64,000 bases of DNA from positions 2,314,408 to 2,378,407 of the forward strand of contig NW_003314278.1 of the NCBI RefSeq assembly GCF_000143415.4, in the 5' to 3' direction. A program made the position numbers and the translations under genes. The notes under the pieces were generated by a model that saw only the letters and a list, made by a program, of their open reading frames with translations, was not told the DNA's origin and made no database searches. This DNA comes from Selaginella moellendorffii. Its lineage: Eukaryota > Plantae > Lycopodiophyta. Numbering within the stretch: position 1 is the first letter of the stretch; the number at the start of each line of letters is the position of its first letter. Shown here piece after piece: positions 25,723 through 38,491 of the stretch.

Positions 25723-26181
25723 ATGACAGGCTTCTTCATCTGCTTCATCAGGTGGTGCATGGCTATGGCGGTCGTCTTTGCTCTCGCGGCAGATCTTTGC
25801 GAGCTCAAGGCCAGCGCGAGGAAGACAATGCACGATCGCCACCACCAGCACCACCATTCATCCACAGAAACGACGACCCTTCACGTCCCCGCTTCCTCCT
25901 CCTCTAGCTTCTCTCGTTCACAACACCAGCATCACCACCACCACCATCGCCACCACCAACAATCTCCGCGAATGGACCAACAAGACAAGCTTGGCACTAG
26001 CGATGATTCAAGAGTGTTTGGCTACGCCGCTCACAGCCCTCCATCGCAAGGGACGCTGCTGAGCGATCCATTGCCTTCTCCTCGAGCTCCACCATTCTAT
26101 CCGGGATCATCCACCTCGGATGCTTCCTTCTACACCTCCGAGCACCTCGTTCCCAGCGGCCCGGATCCTCTCCACAACTAA
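25723..26181 (+). CDS. CLE: CLE peptide precursor, motif HLVPSGPDPLHN
   Basis: Hydrophobic N-terminus (FFICFIRWCMAMAVVFALAA), His/Ser-rich spacer and a C-terminal CLE box at 26143-26178 followed directly by the stop. TATA-like elements at ~25309 and ~25569. Confidence 0.88.
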   Translation: MTGFFICFIRWCMAMAVVFALAADLCELKASARKTMHDRHHQHHHSSTETTTLHVPASSSSSFSRSQHQHHHHHHRHHQQSPRMDQQDKLGTSDDSRVFGYAAHSPPSQGTLLSDPLPSPRAPPFYPGSSTSDASFYTSEHLVPSGPDPLHN

Positions 26182-27395
26182 AAATCCTCCAGGAAATCTT
26201 GAAGCTCTTCTGCTGCTCGATCGATACAGAAGCTAGGTACGAGCGAGCGAGGATCACAAACAACTTCGTTCCAGCCAGGGCCAAAAGATACGTATATATG
26301 ATCTTAGAACTTCGAGGGAGTTTTTTCTTTTTTTGTGTCCTTCTTCCAAGGCTCTTCTAACAACGAGCAAGCACACCACCGAGCAGTGACCAGCACCAGC
26401 ACCACTACTCACACAGAGATCGAAAAGCCCTCCTCGGCCTTTTTGTGGCTTTTTGGATTTTGATTGACTGGACTGATTGATTGGTTTGATTCAATCATCA
26501 TCATCGCCAACAACAAAGGAAGAGCTTTAGTTCTTCATCAAAGTATTGGGGCTTTTCACAAAAAATTTCTCGAGTCCAGCAACAGGTTGATTGATCGTAG
26601 AAGTTTGTATCTGCCCAATACTTCGATGAAGAGGATAAAAATCTCTGCCTCATGGCTTACGAGCGCAAGTTCTTCGTTGGCTGTGTGGTTCCTCCAGCCA
26701 GTTCTTTCTTGACAACAGGGAGGAACCAAAAAAAATTTTGTTCTTGGGGAACTTCGATCATAACTTATGAATCAAACGAAACCATTCCAAGGTGTAAGTG
26801 CTGTGTGTCTCCACGACTTGTGTTTCTCCCTCCCTGGATCAATCAATGCTCTCACGGAGTCAAGGCAGACCAAAAACGAGAGAAGAAGTTCTCGCATAAT
26901 TGTCAGCTCGATCGTGCATCCACCACGAAGAACTGTTGACTTTCGTAAGACAAGAACAGGAAAAGAAAAGAGCTCTTTGTTTTTTTTTTCTATGTGTGTG
27001 TGTGTATGTGTGTGTTCTTCTTGGAACAAGCTTCTTCTCACTGTTGTAGATCTCCATCCATCCTCGCAAAGTCAACTTACATTTGGTGGCGCTGTCGCTA
27101 GAAAAAATGGCTTGCTGATGATGCAAGAACCAAAGAAAAATGTATAGAAGGGAGTAGGCCTAGGCCTAGCTATAGCCCTTGTGCTTTCTTTTGATATCTT
27201 TTTTTCTTTTCTCTTCTCTACTCTTTCCAAAACCCTAATCAGGGCGCCAGTCTCCCCAGATGAGATCACTGCGGCATCACGGCGGCGCCTCCGATTCCAG
27301 GCAGCCGAGCCACGGCGATCGATCCATGGAGTGGAACCCCGCATTCTTCCATAGCGCGCGCCGGGGTCGAGCAGAAATCCGGGAAATCCAAGAAG

Positions 27396-29057
27396 GTGAG
27401 GGTTAATCTAGCGCCTCTCCTCGCCGCGATCAAGGCATGTAGCGAAGCAAGGGATGTGGAGAAAGGGAGAAGGATTCACAGGGAGATTGGGGAGGAGATC
27501 AGGGATAATGTCTACGTGACGAGCAGCTTGGTCAGCATGTACGCGCGGTGTGGGAGCTTGGTGGAGGCGCGCAGAGTTTTCGATGGGATGGGGTATAGCC
27601 GCAGTGTGGTGGCCTGGACAGCACTGATCATGGGGCATGTAGAAAGCGGCCATGGCAGAGTGGCTCTCGAGCTTTTCGATCGTATGCAACTGGAAGGCTG
27701 CTCGCCAAACGCACGGACCTTCGTCGCCGCGATCAAGGCTTGCGCAAGGCTGGCAGAAGAAGAAGAAGTTGGCGATGGAAAGGCGAGATCTTTACGCAAA
27801 GGAGCTGCCATCCACTCGCTTTTATCAGCGTGTGGCCTCGACTCGGATGTTTTCCTCGCAAGTTGCCTGGTGGAGATGTACGCGAAGTGTGGGAGGATGA
27901 CGAGCGCAAGGCTGGTTTTCGACGCCGCGCCATGCCGCGACGTTGTTCTCTGGACTTGTCTCATGCTGGGTTACGCTGACAATGCGGAGGAGGATCTAGC
28001 TCTGGATTGCCTTGGACGGATGGAAGCACAGGGCTGTCCACCAAATGCGTGGACGTTTGCTGTGGCATTGAAGGCCTGCATTGGGCTGGCGGGGAGAGAG
28101 CAAGGCACGCAAGTTGATGGGAAGATCTTTAAGGTGGGGTCTCTCCGGAAAGGAATGGACGTTCACTCCCGGGCCGCTGCCAGTGGATGTGACGAGGAAA
28201 AGTTCGTGGCAAGCAGCTTGGTGGCCATGTACGCAAAGTGTGGCAGCATGGTCGACGCCGGAAAGGTGTTTGACAGGATGAGGCAGCGTGACGTTGTCTC
28301 TTGGAACTCTCTCATAGGTGGATACGCGGAGAACGGGCAGGGGAAGCTGGCTTTGGAAGCTCTCGAGAGAATGGAGCTCGAGTGCTGCTCGCCGGACACC
28401 GGAACTTACGTCGCTGCGTTGAAGGCCAGCGGGAGTGTTGTTGCCGTGGAAGCTGGGAGGCGGATCCACGCTCAAGTTTGCAGGAGAGGTCTTGAGCGAG
28501 ACCGAGCACTGGCGACTTCTCTGGTGGATTTTTACGGGAAGTGTGGGAGCATGCTCGAGGCTCACCAGGCGTTCGATTCACTCGCACCCAGGGATGCTGT
28601 AGCACTCACTGCTTTGCTCGCTGGATACAGTCGGGAAGGGGATGTGAGGAGCGTGCTGGAACTTTTCAGCGGGATGACCGCCGAAGGTCTCCGAGCCGAT
28701 GGGATCACTCTCGTCTGCGTCCTGGCTCTGTGCAGCCATGCCGGCCTTGCGGATAAGGGGAAGGAGTTTTTCGAGGCCATGAGCTCCAAGTATGGCGTCA
28801 CTCCGATGCTCGAGCACTATCACTGTATGGTGGACATTCTCGGCCGCTCCAATCAACTGGATGCCGCGATTTCCTTGGTGAAGTCGACGCCGGCGGACTC
28901 GAGCTCGTTGGCTTGGCTGACGGTCCTAGGAGCATGCACGAAGTGGCGAGACGAGTCCGGGGGAAGGGTCGCGTTTGGCTCGTTGAAGAACTTGGGTGAA
29001 ATGGACGCGGCAGCTTGCGTGTTGATGGAAAGCATTTACAAGGCCTCGAGAAGATGA
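27396..29057 (+). CDS. PLS-class PPR protein with truncated E domain (no DYW); true start uncertain
   Basis: Repeated LVSMYARCGSLVEARRVFD / RDVVSWNSLIGGYA motifs, HYHCMVDILGRS, WLTVLGAC. Intronless ORF. The ORF-track start is GTG; the first in-frame ATG is at ~27538. Confidence 0.88.
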   Translation: MRVNLAPLLAAIKACSEARDVEKGRRIHREIGEEIRDNVYVTSSLVSMYARCGSLVEARRVFDGMGYSRSVVAWTALIMGHVESGHGRVALELFDRMQLEGCSPNARTFVAAIKACARLAEEEEVGDGKARSLRKGAAIHSLLSACGLDSDVFLASCLVEMYAKCGRMTSARLVFDAAPCRDVVLWTCLMLGYADNAEEDLALDCLGRMEAQGCPPNAWTFAVALKACIGLAGREQGTQVDGKIFKVGSLRKGMDVHSRAAASGCDEEKFVASSLVAMYAKCGSMVDAGKVFDRMRQRDVVSWNSLIGGYAENGQGKLALEALERMELECCSPDTGTYVAALKASGSVVAVEAGRRIHAQVCRRGLERDRALATSLVDFYGKCGSMLEAHQAFDSLAPRDAVALTALLAGYSREGDVRSVLELFSGMTAEGLRADGITLVCVLALCSHAGLADKGKEFFEAMSSKYGVTPMLEHYHCMVDILGRSNQLDAAISLVKSTPADSSSLAWLTVLGACTKWRDESGGRVAFGSLKNLGEMDAAACVLMESIYKASRR

Positions 29058-29067
29058 AACGAGCGTA

Positions 29068-31810
29068 TCAAAGTGGAGTTTCGTTCTTCATTTTCGCTAC
29101 CAGCTCGTCGATTTTCATGAACTGCCGCGACCAGCTCGAGTCGTACAAAAACTGGCGCTGATCGAAACGATTGTCGTCGGGAGAGTAGCTCTGCGATCCA
29201 TCCAGCGATGTTAGAACTCAAGAAAGATCAAAGCAAGATTACCTCCGCGTGGTAACTTGGTGTTAGAGTCGTCATCTTGTGCCTGTTGATGGAATAGTAG
29301 CGGAAAAAATCCTTCACCTTGTTCGCAACTTGCTTATGGTGGAGTCCATTCCACTCTTGGCACAATCTCTGTACAAAGCGAGTGATGTGAGCAAGAAAGA
29401 AAAGTTAAAAACTCTACCTGGAACATTGCGACGGGCCCAAGCCTGTCGACTTTTCGCAGACGAGAAAAACTGTTGAGTTCATCGTAAGTCATCCCCATGT
29501 CCTCTTCGTCCGTCTAGCGATTCGAGACACAGCGTTAGAGAGAGAAGCTTATGAAAGTTTCTAGGCCAAGTACCTGTTTGTATCCATCGCTGCTCGGTTC
29601 CAGCTCCGCCGTTGGCGGAGCAGCTTCCACTTGAGCAAGAACAGGGAAGCCAAGTTTTTGTGCTCCCCAGCGAAGGAATGCTCGCAAGTCTCTTTTGCTA
29701 ATACCACCTATGGGATTTATATCCGCGGAGCTGCAGTCATACTAAACGAGAAACCATAAGAGGAGAAAAGAAAGCATTGCAGCTCTACCTTGGTCATGTA
29801 TCCTCGGATGCTTTCATCGGCATTAGAACTGCCGAGCACGAGAAGGAATCCTTTCTTTCTTCCGACCCATGGAAGCAACGAGGCTAGCATGTATGATATC
29901 ACCATCCGGACTCTGGCTTGCAGATTTTGTAGTGCTAGATTCTCGACTGGAGTACCAGAGTCCACCTGAAGGCACGGAAGACAAGTGGTGTTGGCGACAG
30001 AAGAAAAGAACACGAAAAGAAAGGTTTTGAGACCTTGTACCGAGGAATTCTTCCAGTCAAGCCACAAAAGAGAGAGATGAGCGCGTTCACGACTATATCG
30101 ATCTTCAAGTTCCAGTGGTTGGAGCCGATCTCTCTAGCTAGCTGCTGTGCCCTGCTTTGCGTATCTGTAGAGCTACACAAGGAATAGAATCGTCAAAGAT
30201 ACATGTCGCAAAACGGCTTACCTGTTTTGTGAAGCCATGTACACTGTGTAGAAGATCCTGCTAGCAAACTCTTGAGAATCGGCTGGTTCTTCACCGGGTT
30301 TATAGTTTCCTATCCTCCTCGCATCAGTCAAGACTCGTTTATCGTTTTCGTGAATAGCTGCAAAGACAAACGTTGCTTAGAATGTGGATGAGAATGGAGA
30401 TTAACCTTTGATAACAAGCTGACACATGGAGCCAACTATTGCAGCCACTGCCGAGCTATCAGCACCACCAGAGAGTGGGAGCAAGTAACCTGAGGCTCCA
30501 CTGCGACGCAAGTAATCCCAAAGCCAGCACGCTGGCCCCAGCGCTATTTCCTGTTCTGGTAGAAATCGAGTTGCCTGTTTTCTAAAACTCACGAGACTGG
30601 AACATATCATTGATGGTCAAACCTTACCTTCAATGGCCGACTAATTCGCAAAGATCGACTAGAGCTTAACTCGCAGAGAGATGCAGCTACGTTGACACAA
30701 GCCATAGAACGCCGCTCACTCGCCTGCTCGCGGAAGCTGCTTTTAGAAGCCCTGAAGTTGACGACCTGCAAGCAAGAAGCGATCACGCAAAGAAGCAAAA
30801 AAGAATAACACTCACCTCGTCTAGATCAAGGCACACTGTGCACACATCAACATCATGCAGCGAGAACTGGCGTCCTTGGAGGATCACTTCTCCGTTCATC
30901 ACAACGCTGGCACATCCATCTGCAAAAAATAAATCCAGTGACGGTGCTTGCGAGCGTCCACTTACCATAGTAAAGCCGCCCGCCATCGCAGCCTTGCTGG
31001 TTTGCGTACAAGTAGACACCACCACATCTCTCGGTTACGTTTTTCATGAGCCGGAGCCTTGTACGCTGCTTTCGAAGCTGGTGGTGGCTGCCACTTCCAT
31101 TGGAAATAATTTGCACGCCATGGAGTGCCAGGCCGCTGCTGGCTTGCTTAGGAGTGAAGAGCTCCTCGCAGCATTCGGACGCAAGATCCCTGGAGAGAGA
31201 GAGAGAAGCAAGCTTAGAAAACACTGCAATTTTTTTAATTTTTTTTCACGTACGTGTCCTGGAACGAGAGGTAGGCGTCTCCAAATGGCACTGTTCTTTG
31301 CGACTTGATGGCTTGCACACACTCCGGGAGATTCAAAGATGTCACCACCTTGTGCCGCTTCCACGACGAGAACCATCGCAGCTCGCGATAGTTTCCATCG
31401 TTGGCCATAAACTTCTTTGGACGAACGAGAAGAATCTCCCCATCGAGGCAAAACACCCGGCAATTGTAAAGCACACCTTCGTGTAGCACGGGAAGGCCGA
31501 TATCACACACGATCCCATCCGTGAGGCCGGAAGAAAGGATCTCCGCCAGGCACTCCCATCTGCGCAAAGCGAGAGTCGATCGATCCCCAGCCCTAGAAAT
31601 CGATCGAAGCACTTACGCGGTAATGCAGGTCTCTCGCTCCAGGAAGTGATCCTCGCAGCCATATCCAGTGAGCTCCAGCTCGGGGCCGACGCGGAAGGCG
31701 GCGCCGCTCTCCCTAGCGACGGCGATGGACTGCTTGATGTTGCTCAGGTTGTGATCGAAGCTCATCGCCCATTGATTCAAGCTAGACACTGCGAGATTGA
31801 CGAGCCTCAT
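29068..31810 (-). CDS. QNS1: Glutamine-dependent NAD(+) synthetase
   Basis: [127 protein letters not shown]. Confidence 0.95.
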
Positions 31811-31981
31811 TGCTCAAAAGCCCTAAAATTTAAACCCTAAAACCTTCCATCCCGCCAAGTAAGCTATAAAGTTGGAGAGAAAGGCATTTTTTCTTATGGT
31901 TTCTTCCACAACTGGAGTTTCACTCACTGGTGAGGTGAGGCGATTTGATCTGTGTAAGATTATATACTTTCGATTGCAAGA

Positions 31982-33447
31982 TCAGAACTTGGAGATTTCG
32001 CCGGGTTTTCCATCAGCTCCAAACGTCCAGTACTCGAACGCGCCATCTACAAAGTTGTAGTAGCCTCCGTGGAGAGCGACTTTGCCGCTGGTTACTGCCT
32101 CTTTGACGAACGGGAAGCCGAGAAGGTTGGACAGGGAGACGTTCACGGACTCCTGCAAGGCGCGAGATTGAGGGACTGGTAAGAGGGAAAGAGATATCTT
32201 GAGGACACCTTCTCGCATTTCGTGCATTGGTGGTCGATCTGCCCCTCCGGCTCGGACTTGAGCGTTGATGCACGGGCAGGGCGACCGATCTCGATCCAGT
32301 CTTCGATGAAAGCACTGAGGAAACCGAGAACTTTGTAAGATCATGAGAAAGATGGCTGGAAAGTTACCTCCACTTGGCTGCGTTTTCTTTCCGAGTCATG
32401 AGGGCTTTGATGCCTCCACATCTGCTGTGTCCAATTACCAGTATGTTCTCGACCTGATACACAGAGAAAAGCAAAGTTTCTACAGACAAGAAGAAGAAAA
32501 GCTTATGACACACAAAGATCCCAGAGAAATGAAAGGTCAAGAAGAAGAAAAAGAGCTTGAAACACAGAAATCCCAGAGAAACCAAAGTTTCAACACTCCA
32601 GAAGCAGAAGAAGAGGGGAAACCCAAGAGCTCCGAAAAACGAAAACTTGAGGAATAGAAGCAACACTAAAAGCTTGAATCTTTCCAGAGAACAAAAAACT
32701 CTAGCAACATAAAAATTGAGAGGAGTGAGGGATTTACCTTGAGAGCCGTGACAGCGTACTCCAGAGCGGCACTTGTTCCAGGATAACCAGCCTGTTCACG
32801 AGACGATCATGCTCGAGAAAGGTCTCTTATGTTTTTGAGCTTGAAAAGTCGTTGGATTTTGTAGTACCTGTTCTGGAGGAGGCACCATGTTAGCAACGTT
32901 GCGAACAACGAAAGCCTCTCCCGGCTGGAACCCCAGAACGGTGGTGGGACAAACTCTCGAGTCAGAGCAAGCAATCACCATGAACTGTTCCAAAATCACG
33001 AGAAAGTTATAGCGAAGGAATTCGTTTCGAGGATTCGGAGACCTTGGGAGATTGTCCGTTGGCCAGCTCGTTGAAAAGCTCTGGATTCTGCCTGAAAATA
33101 CCACAAAAACTCGCACCTTGAAGAGCAAAAGCAAAGAAAAAAGAGAATTTTTACGTGTATGTCTCCGCTTTAAACTTCTGGAAGCCTGTCTTGATCCTCT
33201 CTGCGGCTGCCACTTTCGTCTCTATAGCCTTGCGACGACGCAATCCAAAGATTTAAGCTCGAGAGGGAAGAATTCAAAGAGACCCACTTACAAAATGTGG
33301 CCGCTGCGAGCAGCAAATCTTCCTCCTAGCGGCGGCGGCATTGCAGGACTGTGGCAGCGATCTCGCCCCAAGAGCCTCGGAGGTGATTTGGTTCCTGGCC
33401 AGGAAATCGGAGGCGGGCAGAGCTTGGCAGCAGCGCAACGAAGACAT
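31982..33447 (-). CDS. BCA: Beta-carbonic anhydrase with probable transit peptide
   Basis: [77 protein letters not shown]. First exon [13 protein letters not shown]...RPHF joins in phase 0. Confidence 0.93.
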
Positions 33448-34037
33448 GGCGGCGACGCGGCGATCTCTTCAAAGCCACCCGACTTTGATCCAGACTTATA
33501 CCGCAGGCCAAGGCATCTGGGGAGTATATCCCAGCGAGCGGAGCACGAATTTTTCGAGCACAAAAAAACGAGCACCAAAGAAAAAAAACAAGTGGTGAAA
33601 GGTCGTCGACTTATCAACTGGATGTTTCACCTGAGCCACCATAGCCAAGCCGCTGTTATCCATTGCGTAAATCGTGATTTGCTTATCACAAACACGGTGG
33701 GATTTTCGCTTGATGCGTGAGAAAGATTGGGACAAAACCATGAAGATCGGGAAGAAAGAATTTTTTTCCTAGGAGAATGATCGTGGATGCTCATACAAAA
33801 TCCATTCTTTTGGTCATATTTTCATGGAGAATGACTGTGGAAGAGCTCAAAGTTCTCATTGGGTCACACAAAACCAAGTTTTTGGCTGATGAAGAACAAG
33901 GATTTTCTGGGTGATGGATCGGGCAGAGATTCGTGGTGGAGATTTCCTTAAGACCACCACCGCATTTCTAAAGCTAAAGTTTCTCCCGGGATTTTAATCG
34001 AGGAAAGTGTGGAAGAGAAAGACTATAGGCAGGGACA

Positions 34038-37000
34038 ATGACAATGCTGCTGGGGGGCGGCCCTAGTAGTATGTTCCTTGTCAAAAGGAATTTTTGTAAA
34101 GTAGTCCCGGGATTTAGGGTTTTGAGCAGCGGCAGGGTTCGGCTAGGCATGGAGGACGGCGCGCCAGAAGATCTGGAGCGCAAGAAGAAGAAGGAAGAGA
34201 AGGTATGCTTCCAGTTCTTCTCCTGGATTTGCTGCGGTGCGTGTTCTAAATCCGCGAGCGCTGGCGCTCGGCAGGCTAGGGAGAAGGAGCTCAAGAAGCT
34301 AAAAGCCGCGCAGAAGGCCGAGGCCAAGAAACTCGAAGCAAATGCCGCCAAGGTAGATTTTTCATGTCGATGTTTTAGATTTTGGTTCTCGTTTCTTTGA
34401 GCAGCAGGTGGAATCTAAGAAGGAGAAGAAAGGCAAGGAGTCTAACGACGATTTGCCCGATTCCAAAAATCCTTACACTCCTTCCGGCGAGAAGAAACGC
34501 CTGGCGCCTGTGATGGCGCAGGGTTATAATCCGGCACTCGTGGAGGCATCGTAAGTTTGAAACTTCTTCGTGCATTCTTGTCTCTCAAATTGTTCTAAAG
34601 TTTATTTTTTTAAGGTGGTATGAGTACTGGGAGAAACAAGGTTTCTTTGTTGCCGATGCCAGCAGCCAAAAGCCCAAGTTTGTAATGGTAATACTTGTGC
34701 TTCATTCCATAGTTTCTAAACTACATTGTGTGCCAGGTAATACCACCACCAAACGTCACGGGTGTTTTGCATATTGGACACGCTCTGATGTGCGCTGTGG
34801 AGGTAATTATCCTTTTGTTTCTCATTCTATATTGACTTCTTTTCTCAGGATACTCTCACGCGATGGCGAAGAATGAAAGGATATGAGACTCTTTGGGTAC
34901 CAGGAGTAGACCATGCTGGGATATCCACACAGGTACAATGCAAGTCCCATTGTTTTTAGCTTGTTCCTGAGGATCTTTCACAGGTGGTTGTAGAGAAGAA
35001 AATAATGCGGGAAAAGGGTTTGACGAGGCATGACGTAGGCAGGGAGGATTTTGTGAAAGAGGTATTTTTTTCACCGCTTTCCTGGACTATGCTAAGTGTT
35101 ACTGCAGGTGTGGTCGTGGAAAGAACAACATGGAACTAGCATTTTCTCCCAGTTGCGGAAAATGGGAGCTTCTGTCGATTGGTCTCGAGAGGTAAGATAG
35201 TTGCGGAAATATTGCTCTTAATGGAATGTGTGTTTTTTGCTAGTGCTTTACAATGGATGAGCCAAGATGCAAAGCTGTCGTAGAAGCATTCGTGCGGTTT
35301 CACAAGGATGGGCTTCTATACAGGTTTTTACTTTTTTCAAAGGTATGCCGCTATCTAATTTTGCGTTGCCTCAGAGATAATCGTCTCGTGAATTGGGATT
35401 GCGTTTTGAGAACAGCAATTTCAGACATAGAGGTAGTCTTCTTGTACTTGCTAAACTACACACTAAAGCAATGTTTTCAGGTGGATTATATTGATGTCGA
35501 AAAACGCACTCTCCGCAAAGTACCAGGATACAAGTCTACTGTCGAGTTTGGGGCCTTAACATCGTTCGCGTATCCTTTGGAAGACGGCAAAGGGGAGATC
35601 GTTGTGGCAACGACAAGACCAGAGACTATGCTAGGTGATTCGGCAGTGGCTGTCCATCCAGAGGATCCCAGATACTCGCATTTACACGGCAAGTTTGTTG
35701 TTCATCCTTTCAACGGGAGAAAGCTTCCAATCATTTGTGATGCGGTGCTGGTGGATATGAACTTTGGCACTGGAGCTGTGAAGGTAATTCTATGTGTTTC
35801 GTTTTCTTACACCCGGCTCTGTTTTTGTTTTGTTTTTACAGATCACCCCTGCACACGATCCGAATGACTTCCTTGTTGGAAAGAGGCACAACCTTCAGTT
35901 TATCAATATTCTCACTGACGATGGAAAGATTAACGGCAACGGAGGTCCAGATTTTCAGGGGATGATGCGTTTTGACGCTCGTGCTGCCGTGTTGAAGGCC
36001 TTGGAGGACAAAGTAAGGCAGAAACTTGCGGCAGAATGCTAAGGAATATCTAAATTCTTCTACGTGCAGGGTCTGTATAGGGGTGTGGCTGATAATTCCA
36101 TGAGGCTTGGTATTTGCTCTAGGACCGGCGATGTCGTGGAGCCGATGATCAAGCCTCAATGGTATGTTAGTTGCAAGGACATAGCTGCGAAAGCCTGCAA
36201 CGCGGTGCGAACGAAAGAGCTTGAGATCATCCCGAGTCAATTTGAAGACACCTGGTTTCGGTAAGTTGAGATTTATTCTCTCATTTTAGCTTACTTGCTC
36301 ATTTGCAGGTGGCTCGAAAACATTCGAGACTGGTGTGTTTCGCGACAGCTTTGGTGGGGGCATCAGATCCCAGCCTGGTATTGTACGTTTGAAGGTGACG
36401 AGCTAAAAGAAATGGGGGCATACAATGATCACTGGATTGTGGCTAGAAGCGAGACCGAGGCCAGAGTAGCAGCCGAGGAGAAATTTTCAGGAAAGAAAAT
36501 AATCTCTTTCGAGCAGGACCCGGACGTGCTCGACACGTGGTTCTCGTCCGGACTGTTTCCTTTCTCTGTGTTGGGATGGCCAGAAGCTACGAAAGATCTC
36601 CAAGCATTCTATCCGACGACATTGCTCGAAACGGGCCATGATATTCTCTTCTTCTGGGTTGCTCGCATGGTCATGATGGGAATTCAGCTCACGGGAGAAG
36701 TACCTTTCAAACAGGTAATTTTTGCGTGATTAAACTGGTTTTCATTCCCTCGTTTTCAGATTTTCTTGCATGCAATGGTCCGAGATGCTCATGGCCGTAA
36801 GATGTCCAAGTCCCTTGGCAACGTGATAGATCCACTGGATGTGATTCACGGTATAACATTGGACGGTCTCAAGGCAAAGTTGTCGCAAGGAAACCTGGAT
36901 CCAGCCGAATACAAGACGGCTTTAGCCGGTTTGCAAAGCGACTTTCCTGAGGGAATTCCCGTTTGCGGAGCTGATGCTCTTCGTTTTGCTCTTGTGAACT

Positions 37001-38292
37001 ACACTGCTCAGGTACGAGTTCAATTCTTCCCACAGGGGAAGTTTCTAAACTCCTTCCATTTGTGCGCAGTCCGAGAACATCAATTTGGACGTCCAGCGTG
37101 TGGCTGGCTACAGATACTGGTGCAACAAACTCTGGAATGCAATCCGATTTGCGATGCTGAACCTGGGTGACAACTTCATTCCCTCTGAAGAACTGAATAT
37201 TTCCGAGCTGCCGTGGAGCTGCAAGTGGATTCTTTCTGCTTTGAACGGAACCGTAGCTGCCGTGGATGGACATATGGAGAAATACGACTTGTCCGCAGCG
37301 TCATCGGCAATTTACTCTTGGTGGCAGTACGACCTTTGCGACGTGTTTATCGAGCTAACGAAGCCAACACTATCGAAAGGAGACTCAGAGGATGCCAAGA
37401 AGCTGACAAGAGATACTCTGTGGGTATGCCTGGAGAATGGACTACGGCTATTACATCCCTTCATGCCGTTCGTCACTGAAGAGCTGTGGCAGAGACTGCC
37501 AAGAGCCCAGGAGGAGAACTCGTCGATCATGCTGGCTAGCTATCCAACGAGGAGGAAGGTACTCATTTGATCTTATCAAAGACGTCGTTGCTATAGAGTG
37601 TTTGCTCTTCCAGGACTTGGATAACGAAGCTGTCGACGCCGAAATGACTTTGATACTATCGACTGTGAAGGCTGTCCGAGCTCTTTGTGCGGCATGTCGC
37701 GTGCAACCAAAGCAAAAGTAAGATTTTTCATTTGCTATTTTGCTACTGAGTCGAAGGATTGTTGTCTCGTGTAGGCCGGGAGGTTTCATTGTCACAGGAG
37801 ACGCAGAACTCTTCACAATGTTCACAGATCACTCGTCGGAGTTAGCAACACTGGCAAACCTTTCCAGCATGAATGTGAGTGGAAAGAGTTTCCTTGCGAA
37901 AGCTGGCCTCATCGTGATGCTTGCAGATATGCAACGATGTTGCGGAGCTACCAGCGGGCTGTGCGGTCACCATTGTGAACGACAAGGTATCGGCCTATGT
38001 CATGCTCCAAGGCATCGTGGATCTCAGCTCGGAGCTCAGCAAGCTTCTCAAGCAGAAAGACGAGGAGTCGAAGTAAGTTCTTCAGAGGTTTCAAGCTATC
38101 ATCGTCTCTTATTTGTCGGTGTGAAATCCTCGCAGGAAGATCGAAGTTTTCCAGAAGAAGATCTCGTCCCAGGTCTACAAGGACAAAGCCTCGGAGGAAG
38201 TCCAAGAGGCCGATCGTGCGAGACTCGCGAAGATGGTCGGAGAACTGGAGCTGAGAGTGGAGAGCATCCAGTTGCTACAAAAGCTGGTTTGA
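34038..38292 (+). CDS. ValRS: Valyl-tRNA synthetase (cytosolic type; core start 34149, in-frame upstream ATGs from 34038)
   Basis: [70 protein letters not shown]. Ends ...LLQKLV* at 38292. Confidence 0.96.
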
Positions 38293-38491
38293 TCGGGAAA
38301 ACAATCGCTCCAAGTTTTGGAAGTTGGATCCAAAAGTTTTGAAAAAAAGAAAAACGTTGCTTTCATGCGCTGGTCCTCCGCAAGAGCGTTCATGTTTCAA
38401 GCAGGAAAGCTAGTTTGATTGGAACATCGAGTTTCACTACAAAATGCCGCTAGAAAGAAAAGATTCGCACACTAAAAAAGATGTGTCATTG

